Positions 37,713 to 51,675 of a DNA stretch of 64,000 bases are shown here, piece after piece (the first letter of the stretch is position 1; each line of letters opens with the position of its first letter). Under the pieces are notes generated by a model. The model was given only the letters and a program-made list of their open reading frames with translations, was not told the DNA's origin and ran no database searches. Source of the stretch: Nemertoderma westbladi. Lineage: Eukaryota > Animalia > Xenacoelomorpha. The DNA lies in the NCBI GenBank assembly GCA_032718475.1, contig JAUCBJ010000087.1, positions 6,961 through 70,960 on the forward strand, read 5' to 3'. Both the position numbers and the translations under genes were made by a program.

Positions 37713-39768
37713 CCCTATTAGTACTGGGCTATAAAATGTTGTACAAATACTAAAATCTCCAAATTTTTACAAAAATGTCTGATTTTTTGTTTGTACGTAG
37801 GTATCACTAGTCTGGATCCAGCCGAAAAAAAAATTTCGAAAAAATGTACTGGGGTGGTTATATTGCAGCACCAAAATTACAAGTAGTGCACAATTTTCAC
37901 AAAATTTGAAAGTTACATTTTTCGGCTAATTGTTTTTCAATACCGGTTTTCTGGGGCGCAAAATACATTGGAAAATATTTAAAAATGATATGATTACTAT
38001 AAATGGCTGTTTAGTCCTCTCTGCGTAGGAAAAAAATGAAACAAACATGTAACCAGCACTTTTCAGTTAGAACACAAAATTTTTAATTAACTTATACGAT
38101 GCTATAAATTCACATTTTCAGGTTTTCTAGGGCGCTAATTCTAATGGAATACACTTCTAATATGCCAGATCATTGCTACTTGTATTTTTCGGCATAATTT
38201 GGCAAATTTTGGTGCTAGCACCAAATTTCGTACCCATCACCAAAAAGTACAAGTTTGCGAAGTTCAGTGCTGTTTTTATTGATTCCATCGGATTCAGGAC
38301 CCTCATAAACCCGTATAACGCAAGAAACAAGATGATACTATCTACTGTTCAATTTGCTTATTTTCCAAAATTTGGTGCTGGCACAACAATTTTCACCCAC
38401 CGGCGAAAAATACAAGTTTGAAAAGTCTTATGAAATTTTTACTGATTCCATTGAATTCAGAACCCTCACAAACCCGTATAAAGCAAGAAACAAGGTGACA
38501 CAATCAATTGATATATTTGATGGTTTTCAAAATTTGGTGCTAGCACCACGTACCTCTAAAACGCAAGAAATAAATTGTCACAAGCAATTTTATCTATTGA
38601 ATGGATTTTCAAAATTTCGTGCTAGCACCAAAATTTGCACACAGCACCGAAAAATACACGAATACGCATGGTGCAACCCCAATTGTGTAAAAAACAAGTT
38701 TCAAAAAAATAAAATTTGGTGCTGGCACCAAAAACTGCCGAAAAAAACAAGTTTGAAATTTCTAAATCAATTTATATGAATTCCATCCAATTGCTAACAC
38801 CAAAAAACCAGTGTTCTTGTTAATGTTACAATCCATATTTAATGAAATAGGGAGGGGGGGGTTGCGCAGCAGCAACTCTACAATCGAATTCAATTTATTA
38901 ATGAGCATTTGTTGTTACAAGCACAGCTTCTACTAAATAAAGTGGAGAGGGCTGCTAAGGAGGTTGGATTGCACATCAATGCTACAAAGACCGAATTCAT
39001 GACCTTTAATGTTGATGGAAACTTGACAACCATTGATAATAATCAACTAAGGAAGGTCAATGACTTCCAGTACCAGATTATGATTCTGTGGGCACTGCTG
39101 GCGAAGTAAAGACAAGGTCATACCAGATCTACTTCTCTGGCAACCAACTCATGGAAAGCGTAGTCGTGGACGACCGGCCATAACATATATAGATCAACTT
39201 GAAAGGGATACTGAACTTGGGAGAAACGAAATTGGGACAACTATGGAGAATCGGGAAGCCTGGAAGGATCTCATTTCCACTGTCCGAGTTCGGTAGACCT
39301 AGTAGTAGTAGTAGTTACGTACTGGAGTTTTTTTTTGTGTCGGTTCCTGCATTGCAGCATTCAATCCAAGGTTAAACATTATATTTATTAATTACTATTT
39401 AAATTTAATAAAGGAATATGAGAGTTTTTTTTAACGATAAATTCAGCATTCGGATTAGTTTTTGTAATTTTATATTTTTTTGGAGATGAACTGGTTAGTT
39501 AAGTTTATGGGAGAGTGGAGAGTAATTGTTTTTTGTATGAGGCAGAAAAACAGGGTTTTGAATTCTTAAGTTTAAATTTGTTTGGTATTGCAATCCCAAT
39601 CATCGCAAAGATTTATCACATCCATGTAGGAGATAGCATAAAACTTTAATTATATATAAATGTATAATTAATAATGTCTACCTGTTAATAAATTTCACTT
39701 ATATTCGAAATAGTAAAAGAAAATGTTTAAAAGAATATTGACCCCCCCCCCCCCCGGGTTTAATAGGG
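37713..39768. mobile_element. Non-autonomous piggyBac-type element
   Basis: TTAA|CCCTATTA ... TAATAGGG|TCAA, with internal TTTGGTGCT(A/G)GCACCA repeats. It splits a tandem ~43-bp unit (AGACTTTAATTCATTGATGATTTAAAGTTCTCTATATTAA) that is present on both sides. Confidence 0.8.
38908..39314 (+). mobile_element. RTE LINE fragment (family B), internally deleted
   Basis: AQLLLNKVERAAKEVGLHINATKTEFM followed by LLLWQP..GKRSRGRP and a (TAG)n tail. The 3' end is shared with 52385-52494. Confidence 0.8.
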
Positions 39769-39984
39769 TCAAGGGAGACTTTAATTCATTGATGATTTAA
39801 AGTTCTCTATATTAAGGGAGACATTAATTCAATGAGTCGAATTAAAATCTCCTATAATGGGAGAAATTAATTCTAAATAGATGATAAAAATGTTAGGGAA
39901 TATAAAAACCAAATGTATGCCATATCCTGCGCAAACCAGGAATAAATGAGTACTGGTTGACTCATTCACTCATTTCTTTATCAT

Positions 39985-40640
39985 ACTTCCCATCTTTTAT
40001 GTCTCGGGATCGATATAAAGACATACTTCACTATTTGCACTTTTCAGACCCTAAAACTTATTTCCCAAATGACTGCTCAACATTTTTAACGGATTTTCTA
40101 AATATTCTACATAAAATCGTATCATCATTCGTTCCTAATAATGAATTATGTCTCATTGAGTCCTTGTTACTTTTCAAGGGTCGCTTACATTTTAAGCAAT
40201 TCATATGTATAAAAAGAGCAAGCATAAAACTATTCATGCTCTGTGACATAGAGGGAAACCTGCTGTCCACAATTGTATATCATGGTGCTACGACGGCAAT
40301 CGAGTGTACTGAAGCGTATTCATGGGAGTTAGCGAAGTTGGAGAAGGTGGTAATTTCTCTTTTGAAAGTAGCCAATTTGCTTTCTGTTGGATCCCCAGTG
40401 AGTTTAGATAACTGGTATTGTAGAAAAACAAATGCAACCCATTTCGTCTGCCTTTGTTCAAAAGGATAAGGTACTTATGATTAGATTTTGTGATAAATGA
40501 ATGTAATGTATATTTCATTTCATTTCGACCATAGATAGTCCCACTCTCATCGAAAAGACCCATCATTTACCAAAAGAAACCATCTCATACAATAAACCCT
40601 CTCTGATTGATATGTATAACCACTGCATGGGAGGTGTTGA
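39985..40640 (+). pseudogene. piggyBac transposase (PGBD4-like) fragment
   Basis: MSRDRYKDILHYLHFSD, ESLLLFKGRLHFKQFI, IKLFMLCD, LDNWY, and later YNHCMGGV. Confidence 0.88.
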
Positions 40641-42394
40641 ATTAACCTAATATTCTAGAAAACTACAATAATAATACTATTATTTAGAAATATTTTTATC
40701 TGTCGGGGGGAATGCTGAATGTGGCCATAAATATATAATATATTTCTTATAATATATTTCTTACCTCCTGATTATATTACCGTTTTTAATTCATCTTAAA
40801 TCGCGTTAGCTGACTTCCACTTATTAACTTAATGCTATGTGGACCAGAATGATGGTTGTTTTTCTGATGGACGTTATTATGTCACAAGCCCAAACCCAAG
40901 TCCTGTTTAGTAGAGAAACATGATGATGTCTCTACCTCCGTTACTGGTCCTTGTCCCACTATAGCACCTGATAAGCGATGATGAATTGGATCGTCCTTAT
41001 TAACTAGACCTATGTCGTTATCCTCCTCATTATCTATAACATACTCCATGTACCCCTCCACAGTTTTTGGGACATCACACTCAATTTCTTCGCATCCGAA
41101 ATCTGAGTTGGTTTGGGCTTGACGAAATTGCGATGTCGCACTGAAAAAAATTAGTTTTCATCGGTTTGGTGGTGTAGAATTGAGTTCGTCGTATGCAAGA
41201 GCTTTAAATATGTATCATCCATTGGTATTACTATATTAATCAATGTGCCGTAAAGCTGTAAAGGGTGCAATAGAAACCAAGATCTAAGATAGTTTTAAGC
41301 ACGGTGTAGCGACATGACACGCCTTGCTTCTTTGCGTGTCACTTTCACAGCTCTCTCTCAGTGCACTCTGACCTTGCTACAACACCGTAATAAACAGTAC
41401 ACTGGAAAAGTGTGCTGAAGGCGAAGTTAGAGCGAAAAAAAAACACTGCAAATGTTTTTACAGCAATATTTTAACAACATACATTACTCTATTCAGTTCT
41501 TGTTCCAGGAATAGTTAAGGAATTGTTCCAGATTGAATGGCATTGGAGGCACTCCAATTTTGTGTTTATGGGTAGTTGTTACCAACCAATCCCGGAAAAA
41601 ATAACAAAATCGCAATGATAACCTATCTAAAAATAGTGTTATTTTAGTCCTAGGAAAAAATAACACATTTATTTTTCAACACTCCGGTATCTGCATGTTG
41701 AAATTATATTTATGCCTGTTTGCCGTGTTGTGAATACAGTAGTTAGCTTACGGTACCGGTACCTTTACTAACATGAGTGAAAGTGAAAGTTGTAAGAATA
41801 AGACTAGCGTAGGCCTATGGTATGTTTTCAGTTCAGAGTGTAGGTAGACTGACTGAATGCATCGTACAGTACAGGTAGCGGTACCACAGCTTCCTTTAAG
41901 GTCTCAATCACATCACTGCCTTACAACTACAGAACCTACCTGACCGGTAGGCCTACAGAACAGAGCATATTGGGGAATAATTTAATGTACCGGTACTAGC
42001 AAACTAAACGGGAAATGCAGTACTGGTAGGCCTACACTACAAGTTCAGATTGCACACTCAACTCAGCCTACTCAGAGATCTTTTACTTTCGGTATTTGAC
42101 AATTATGGACAGCAGCATCCTGATCATGGCAGGAATGCCATTCTCAACAGTTTCTACGATTCTACCGTAAAGACGGACGTACCAGACAGACAGATTTGTA
42201 CCTACAGTACCAGTTGTAAATAACGTAGGTTTACATACTGCACATGCACAATGCTGTAGAACTACGGTACCGGTACAACGATAATAAAATTTAAGAAATT
42301 CCACCAAAAATATTATATTTTACTTTTTCGCCAGGAAAAAAGTTAAATGTTTTCTCCAGCTTTTGGTCTAAATTCGGGCGAAAAAGTAACAATT

Positions 42395-42570
42395 TAAGAA
42401 TAAATAATTATTTATTACATGGGAAAAAAATTAGAACTTTTTTCCATTATTCTCGAGGCATTTTATTTACCGAGCTTCAGCGAGGTTAATAAAGGGTTGA
42501 TAGAATATTGAGAAACAAAATGTTCTACTTTTTTCTCATATACTGTAATACGTAAGTTTATTCTTAAGTT
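42395..42570. repeat. Short palindromic MITE-like element
   Basis: TAAGAATAA...GGAAAAAAATTAGAAC and GTTCTACTTTTTTCTC...TTATTCTTA flank a centre CCGAGCTTCAGCGAGG. Confidence 0.55.
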
Positions 42571-44005
42571 AAATTGGTACATCGTATACAGTATGGTAAG
42601 CCTACAGTACATTGGATAACGTACAGCGATATAGAGTTACAAAATAAATTAAGCTGTAGTATTTTACTATATTGCTTCCGTAGTTACTGCGATTCAAATT
42701 CTTGTACTCTGGGTTTAACTCATGATTCTGATTACTCAACGTTAAATAATTCAATGTTCTCGAATATTTATTACGTAACTAGAGAGCCGATTAACAACAT
42801 AAACCAATATTGGATATTGAGTTCCGTTTTGGAGTACTAAAGTTACAATAACTTTTGAGTATAGATTTTGCACAAATTACTTGCAAACCTTTTCTACGTC
42901 GATGCTCTTGCAACACAATTAATTAAATTTAAAAAATGACACCAAAAATATTTTATTTTCCTATTTTCGCCGGGAAAAAAGTAAAATTAATGCAATCGTA
43001 TGGTTACTATTTTCCTATGGAAAAGGTACCTCCTTTTCCCGATTTTTGGGTATACAGTATTCGATCGAAAGAGTACGTGTACGCTAACAATTTAATTTAA
43101 GAGTAATATTACATACAGTAAGTTGTGAAATCGGTATTACTGTTGGCATTAATATGTAAAATTTTTTACAGCAATCTAACGTGTAATGTATACCTACTGT
43201 ACTTTATGTTACCCTGTTAGGTTACCCCTCCCTATAAGAAAATACAATATGTCAGTATGTGTGTGATTATTTTTTGTGAATGATTTTTACCCTTTCGCGA
43301 GTCGCACATGCATTGGTTTCGGAAACTTGGGTTTCATTGAATTTTGAAGTACAAAAAATCAATGGCGGAATTTATTGCATCGAAGCGAAGTGTTTGGGTT
43401 AGGCCTAATTTACATACATTTTCTGCCATTTTTTATACAAAGGTAAATGCTGAGTGATAAAATAAAAATATGCATTGCGTGTGCAATAAATCGTTAAAAT
43501 GCATCAATGCGTCTTTTCACCTATTCTCACACGAATGGTTCTGTCTACATTGTGTTTCACCCAATTCCACACGATGTAACGCTCTCAGCTGTCCCGAGTA
43601 GACTCCCATCACCATCATCGTGTTACCTATACATACTGTGGAATGAAAATAAATTCTAGTATTTTCTATCATTTATTTTATATTACTTTATTATTTGATC
43701 TATTGTATTTATTAGTTTTTTTTACTTTATTCCAGTTTACCCGCCAGGGGAAAATTGTTAGGCCTAGGCCCGCTCATGTTATTTATTTATTTTATGCCTT
43801 GGCCGCTCGTGTTATTTATTAATTTGTAATTAGTGTCTCCCCCCAAAATTTCCAAGCCCCATTTTTATATTTCTACCCCCAAACAAAACCCTTTTAGAAA
43901 TCTAGCGTATCTGGATGGGTTTAGTATATTGTAAATTAATAGTGGCTTCTTGATATAAACATGATGTAGTTGGTTATTTTTTCCGAGATTAGTTGGTAAC
44001 AACAC

Positions 44006-44142
44006 ATTTATTATCCTGATATTTTGTTATTTTTCCGGTTATTTTAACCCTCGGAACAGGAAAGCCTCGGCTACGCCTCGGCTAGTCCCTGTTCCTCGGG
44101 TTAAAATAACCGGAAAAATAACAAAATATCAGGGTAATAAAT
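44006..44142. repeat. Palindromic MITE core
   Basis: CCTGATATTTTGTTATTTTTCCGGTTATTTTAACCC is mirrored by GGGTTAAAATAACCGGAAAAATAACAAAATATCAGG around GCCTCGGCTACGCCTCGGC. Confidence 0.85.
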
Positions 44143-44147
44143 ATAGA

Positions 44148-44440
44148 TGTTGGTGATATTAATGGTGTTGTTATTTGTGGTTGGTTGCAATGGTAAAGTA
44201 CAATAACTGAATGTGAAGGTGTTGATGATAAGGGAAGTGGTGTTGTTATTTTGTGGTTGGTTGCAATGGTTGGGTACAATAACTGATCATGAAGGGGTTG
44301 ATGATATAGAAGTGGAATGGGGTATTGTTATATCTGATGACATTATATATGTTGTAATTGCCACTTCGATTTCTAGTCCCTAGCAAATCTGGCCCTGGTG
44401 AACTGCATCTGCGGGGGACCTCAACTCCGCTGTGACACCA
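44148..44440. repeat. Dispersed repeat shared with 48765-49030 and partly 41510-41590
   Basis: TTGGTGATATTAATGGTGTTGTTATTTGTGG...GGGGGACCTCAACTC occurs near-identically at both loci. Confidence 0.85.
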
Positions 44441-44564
44441 CAGTTCCGGTAGTTCAGGTCAGGGAGGCTTGTAGAGGTGAAGATTAGCGAGCTTGGGCGT
44501 CGCTCTTAAAGCGACGCATTGCACCACTTTTCGCCTTAGCACATTGGTGGCAAAGGCCGTGTTT

Positions 44565-46020
44565 GCTAAAAGTAAATAGAATTGGCTTTCTTGTGAATTT
44601 GTAATGCAGCACCTATTACCGTATTTACCCGAATAAACGTTCCCGGACCATAGCAACTTAAACGCCCTCCCCGAATAAACCAATTAGAAATTCATAGACT
44701 TAAATGTCCAGGCATTAATTCGGGTAGATACGCTATTTATATAAATTAACTTTGTTCATTTAAAAAAATTTACGCATTTATTTACTATTTATTATTTCAC
44801 CACAAGCTGTGTCTGAACAACCGGGGGTTCCATGAACTCTCCTCTAGCTGCGTCTGCAGATTCTGTATGGAATCGTCCCAGTCGCGTTACCATGCGCTTC
44901 ATTGCCCTCAATGTCCTCCTCTCTCGGTGCTGTCACTCTCATAAATTCGTTTCCTTCACAACACGGCTCGCCCCACAAACAGACAATACTTAACTGGTAT
45001 TATCTTTTATCATGCGGTTTTTTACTAATAACCTATTTAATCAAATTTTACAATTTTTTACCCCGGCTGGGGGTGTATCTTTAAATATATACTATTTATT
45101 ATACTATATTTTTGGACAGGGGGAATTTCATGCAAATCACATCTCAGTGAATTAATATATTGTCACAGCGGATTAACAATATTAATTGACAATTATTGCG
45201 AACTTGAATCTTAGTTAATGCATAGTTGGATTACAATTTATTCAACTATGCATGCAAAGGATGTGAAAATTCGAGAATCAGACAATTATTTGATATCTAT
45301 ATATCAGATCAGTATAACATCTGTATTATCCTATATGTACGTATACTTATACTTACCCTATAATGATGTTGAATGTCAAAGTTGATAAAAGCGTTTGCCA
45401 TTGGAGAGTTGTATTATTACAAGATTATTACTATTACCCGGTTGATGGCGCAGGTGACCCATTTGATGGGTGGGTGCTACCCAGGTTGATGGGGCGGGTG
45501 GTACACAGGTTGAGGGGTGGTACACATGTTGAGGGGACAGGTGGTACCCAGGTTGAGGGGGCAGGTAGTACACAGGTTGAGGGGGCAGGTGGTACACAAG
45601 TTGAGGGGGCAGGTGTGACACAGGTTGAGGGGGCGTGTGTTGCACAGGTTTAGGGGGCATGTGGTACACAGGTTGAAGGGCGGGGGCAGGTAGTACACAG
45701 GTTGAGGGGGCAGGTGGTACACAAGTTGAGGGGGCAGGTGTGACACAGCTTGAGGGGGCGTGTGTTGCACAGTTTTAGGGGGCATGTGGTACACAGGTTG
45801 AAGGGCCGTTTGGTACACAGGTTGAGGGGGCGTGTGGTACACATTTTGAGGGGCCAGGTGGTTCCCAGGTTGAGGAGCCACGTTACCCGGTTGAGGGACC
45901 GACCAGTTAGGGCTAGCTAGTCGAAAAAAAAAAACGTAATCTAAAATTTCTAAAATACATTCGACATCAAGTGGCAAGTGTGTGTTTAACTGCAGATAAG
46001 CATCGAGCTCAAACATTGCA
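44565..46020. repeat. Duplicated block, copy 1 (short TIR MITE plus 24-bp minisatellite)
   Basis: Collinear with 58440-59620. Includes CCGTATTTACCCGAATAAACG...ATTCGGGTAGATACG and GGTGGTACACAGGTTGAGGGGGCA units (45470-45900). Confidence 0.9.
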
Positions 46021-48764
46021 TTCAATCACAATTCTACTTATGAAATCATTGGAAAGTTGATTGAATAAAAGTTAATTTCGGCAATCCTCATGCGTGTTGT
46101 TATTCATCTACCGTAGGTCTATAGCTACTGCAGTACTGTATATGTGAGTGGAACAAAATTCACTGTCATAATAACCTCATAGGAACACATTTTCAAATGA
46201 CTTGCGAAATTCTCTGAATTCCACCCGAAATGAAATGAATTCCATTCTACATCCCTAAGAAATCTAACATAAAAAATATGTCAATGTCAATGTGATTATT
46301 TAATTCCAAGAGATGTGCCACCTTCCCTATTGCTATTGCAATAACATCAGTGTTCGAATGAGACATGAATTCGACCCTCATTCAATTGCATTTCGTACAT
46401 GTAGAAGTAATCGTGTGTTAGCCTCTTCATTGTCGCATAATGGCATTTCATACGTACTGCTTGATTTAATTAAAACCTCACTTCCAAAAACTTCCCAAGT
46501 TCGCCAAAGAGAACTTTCACAGGTAAGGCTCCAAGCCTATGAAATTCGCTAACATTGTCTATAGCAATATATATGTATATATAGTATATGCAGTATATAT
46601 ATATATGTATATATATAAAATTCCCAGTAAGGGTTATAATTCTGTAGGAGTCTTGGAAAATGATGTTTTGCAAATGACCCCCTGTTGCCATGGAAATAGG
46701 GGACCCTTAATATGCGAATTTTTCAAGGAGCCAGTCATTTTCATATTCACCTCACTTTTGCGCTTCATCATAGCAATTTTCATGCTTTTGAAAAATTGTT
46801 GCATGTTGGCCATTTTTAAAGCATAACAGACTCCACTATATTTTTATAATCTCATAATTTATAATCTTTATCATTTCATACGCCGGCGATAACTCCAAAA
46901 ATTCCCAGTTTGTTTGCAGTGCATGTTCAGCGCATCTCCACTACACAACCATGCTCAAACTTTTAAAAACATCAGCACATACAATGCCAATGTATCCCAA
47001 TGGCGACATTACAGTCGTTGTTATTGACAACAACCAATTTCTAGAACAAAGAACCTACCATCTATATAACCAACAATCACAGCTTTTAACCAAGGTTTGC
47101 TCGGTTATAAGTATGATTAATTCTCTGACTATCGCCATTCATGACGAAGCTCTGAATTATATTGATTTACGACCAGATGAGGTTCCTGGAATTGTCAACA
47201 GAGTTTATTGAGGACAATGAAACATTGTTTAGAAACCTTCGTGCCATATTTCTTCTTAAGGAATTGCATTTACTTAAAAATAAGAATTTTAAAACTCCAC
47301 TAAACCCTAGTTACCAATGTCTTATTGATGGCGGTGTGAGTGTGGTAGTCCTTACCGAAAGGCCAGGTCCATCAATGGTCGATATTCGGATACACACTCC
47401 CTTGCCTTATGACCCTTGCAGCTATGACAAAGTAAAAGAAGTGCTGGCTTACGTTGAGCTAGCGTAGTAACCAAACTACGTCCGTCGCCTACCACACACT
47501 TCTAATCCAACAAGGCCCTTTCCAGTGGCACTTGTTTTCCTGAGAAGGGTGCATGGTAATGAATAGCTATGGACAGGATGGCATTTAATTCCCCCCTTGC
47601 TTACACAGGTAGACAATAAACATCAATATCAACGAATATGTGTATATTTAAGTAATATTGTAAATAAAGGATTATATAATTAGTAATATTGAATGATACA
47701 CTTACCAACAATAATATGTCTGGACTCTACCACCCATTCCACCCCAAGATTTGAATAGCACAAATATTTAATGATAATTTTTGTAACTGTCTGAACCTGA
47801 ACCTGGTAACAAATTAGAGTAATCTATCCCATCCCTCCAAACTAAAGATACCGACAGAGTCAACCGCATAACAGAGAGAGAGTGAAAATATATTGTCATT
47901 ACTGCTATTATATAGTACTACCAAACCAGGCTTGCTAGTCTACAGTAGTATCTATTAATACTATAGATATTACTGTAGATGCTCACAAATTTAGTTTGGA
48001 TTGTCTAGCTGCAGTTGATGATGTGTTTCACCAACATTAATTAATTTTCAGTCTCTCAGAAGCAAAGACACTAATCAAATTGCAATAAATACCAAAAAAC
48101 TACTAAAAGTACGGAAAATATTCACTGCATGTCGGTGACAATTACTTTATACAGAGCCCAGGAACACGCTGAATCCAACCGTACTTTCCCAATATCGTGA
48201 GAGCCAGTAGTTTAGGTATAGACAGAGGAACATACAAACATAAATATATACACAATTTGAATGCGTGCCTGGTAGCCAACAAACAATATTTTATATGTTG
48301 AAATAAATTATAAAAAGGCCATATTTCAAGTGCTCAAATATAATTCCACAAAGCCAAAGCAAAGTGTGTCACTAAACGGGCCTCTACCTACAGTTTATAT
48401 TCAGATAAAGGCTAATGAGGATAAACGGTCTAGTGTATCAAGTTCTCTGAATCTCGTCTGCACTCCACAGCTCAGTCAAATATTATATAAGATTATAAGC
48501 AAATGTCAGTAACAGCAACATACTGTAAGATGTTCGCTAGCTGGAGGTGTGTCTTGCATGGTAGGTAGCATATCCTTAAGCCATACAGTCCCTAGTGCTG
48601 CTATCATACAGCATTTTCATTCAACTGTAATTAGCCAGACTAGCACCTTGCCATAAGGGAGCCGGGTTATCGCCCCGTCCATAGGCTCCAGGAGGAGCTC
48701 AGTGGTCATTCGATTCTCTCTGACCAGAGAACTCCGCCCTCTTGTGAACAATTAAGGAATTGTT

Positions 48765-49042
48765 ACAGATTGAATGACATTGGAGGCATTCCAGTTTTGT
48801 GTTTATGGGTAGTTATTGGTGATATTAATGGTGTTGTTATTTGTGGTTGGTTGCAATGGTCAAGTACAATAACTGATTGTGAAGGTGTTGATGATAAGGA
48901 AGTGGAATGGGGTATTGTTATATCCGATGACATTATATCTGTTGTAATTGCCACTTCGATTTCTAGTCCTTAGCAAATCTGGCCCTGGTGAACTGCATCT
49001 GCGGGGGACCTCAACTCTGCTGTGACGCTTGTAGAGGTGAAG
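48765..49042. repeat. Dispersed repeat copy (see 44148-44440)
   Basis: Direct sequence match. Confidence 0.85.
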
Positions 49043-50059
49043 CGTGGATTCTCAGCACTACTCTGTGGTATACACATTTTGAAACACCTAATACGAACAA
49101 TATACTCGTCAATTAAAACAGGCTAAAACGGAAGACAAATTAATATCGTTGTACAAAACCGACCACCATTAAAGGACTACAGGGGTTTGTAGGAATGATA
49201 AACTTCTATCATCGGTTTATTCCTTCAGCCACATACATTATGCGCCCTCCTTTAAGTTGGTAAGTCATCAACATCAACTGAAAATTGTTTATCAAGAATA
49301 CCAGGAGCATTATTATTTATTAGGAAGAGTAATTGCTGTAATCTGGCACAGATACTCAAATTGATCTAACTTTCCCAAGTTATGTCGAAATGAGAGTCTC
49401 GGATACGACCTGCCACATACAGATTCAATAACGGCAGTTTGTGAACAGACCTTTATCTTACTTTAGTTTCATACTTTACTATGGTTTTTGTAAGACCCAG
49501 TCAAGCTTTTATTGACTGGAATTATTACATTATATTATTAAAATTATAATATTACATTATAAGATTAATTATACATACTAAGATTGTAATGTAAAACTCA
49601 CATTATATATGTTAATAAATATTATTTTATTAAATATTGTTTGCTTTATTTGCATTGCTGAGCATTTGATTAATAATATCGATGATATGTCGAACCGAAA
49701 TATTATTATTGACACCAAACCCAGGTAGGTCTCTATAATTTAGCACCATTGATAATTTGGACAATCGTGTTTAGACATGTGTGTGCCGACTTATACCCTA
49801 ATATTAAATAATTGCCATATGACGATATTTTTAACTAATGATTCAAGCGAAGCCTTTAATAATAACAATATCATGATTGAGCATTGTCCTAGATTTAATA
49901 TTACAGTATAAAGTAAAAATACATTTCCCCTAAAGGGAAACACGATTCCTAACTAAGCCCTTCGTAAATAATCAGTCAGTCCTATATTTAATTAATTTTT
50001 AATAATAGTAGTAATTTATTTAATAATAATAATGATATCAAGGAACTTTTAGTATATAA

Positions 50060-51675
50060 AGGAATAAATGAATCAAGGAACTTATAGTAACGAATTTGAT
50101 GAATTTTACAATAATTTTATTAAAATTTGCGATAACCATGTTCCCAAAAAAACGCTTTCTCCACGAATCCTTCCCAAAAAAACCATGGATAACAAATAAA
50201 TTAATCAAATTAACGATTATCAAAAATAATTTATACCGCATTTATATCAAAAATTCATCTGACGAAAACTTGAGGTCCTTCAAAAGATTTAGAAATAAAC
50301 TGACATCCCTTTTACGAACAGCTGAAAAAAAACTACTACGCAAAAAAATATGAAGATAACTCAGGGAACATGAGATAAACATGGATGATTATAAATAGTG
50401 CACTAAATAAATCCAACAAACACTCCATACCAAAACAGATTACAATTCGCACTGACGATTCAATTAAGACCATTACCGATAAAATTTAATGACTACTTTT
50501 CTACTTTGGACCCAACCTAGCCAATGAAATCCCCCGTTCTACCCGCTCCCCAACACGTTTTGTACATCATTCCAATCCGAAGTCTTGTAATTACAGAAAC
50601 AATACCAGTAGAAGTAGAATACCGTCTCCTCCAACTCAATCCTAATTCTGCTACTTATGACCCTTTCTCCAACAAATTGCTTACGGTTGCCGCTAAACCC
50701 CTATCTATCCATCTAAGCTACCTCATTAACTTATCTTTTTCCATTGGCTTCTTCCCGGATTCCCTAAAAATTGCTAAGAGTGACTCCCATCCAAAAAGGG
50801 GGCGATCCTTCAGATCGAAATAACTACCATCCTATCTCATTATTGCCGGTTATCTCTAATATTTTCGAATCAATTATAAATTCACAACTTATTTCATACT
50901 TGTCTAAGTTTAACATTATTATTTCTTCATCTCAATTCGGTTTCAGGCCAAAAAGAACCACAACCCGTGCACTTTTATCTTTTTTAGAAAAAATTTATAA
51001 CGCCCTCGAATTCAAACAATCTTCCTGCACAGTATACATCGACCTAACAAAAGCTTTTGATACATTAAATTTATCAGTATTATTAAAGAAACTCGAAGCC
51101 TATTGGATAAGAGGAGTGCCACTTAAACTTTTAGATAGCTTTCTTACTTCCAGATATCAGTTTGTACAATTAGGTCAAATTATTTCCTCATTACAACCCC
51201 TACTCTGTGGAGTTCCTCAAGGGTCTATTATCTCATCAACTTTATTTTTACTATATACCAACGACCTCCCTAACTCTACCAAACTATTCTCTACTTTGTT
51301 CGCTGATGATACCACCCTTCTAATTTCTGATAAACTTACACCTAACCTTATCTCGGAATTAATAGCTTTCTTACTTCCAGATATCAGTTTGTACAATTAG
51401 GTCAAATTATTTCCTCATTACAACCCCTACTCTGTGGAGTTCCTCAAGGGTCTATTATCTCATCAACTTTATTTTTACTATATACCAACGACCTCCCTAA
51501 CTCTACCAAACTATTCTCTACTTTGTTCGCTGATGATACCACCCTTCTAATTTCTGATAAACTTACACCTAACCTTATCTCGGAATTTAATCTAGAACTT
51601 ACTAAGATATCTAACTGGCAAACTGATAATAGTCTAACATTAAACCTAACTAAGACAGAAGCTACATTCTTCTCT
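50060..51675 (+). mobile_element. CR1/L2-type LINE, RT region (5' part), decayed
   Basis: KPWIT, NYHPISLLPVISNIFE, QFGFR, IDLTKAFDT, GVPQGS, LFADDT, LNLTKT. Confidence 0.93.

Noticed and set aside
38173-38779. Plus-strand ORFs within the piggyBac-type element
   Set aside because: Translations of internal GGTGCTAGCACC repeats with no transposase motifs.
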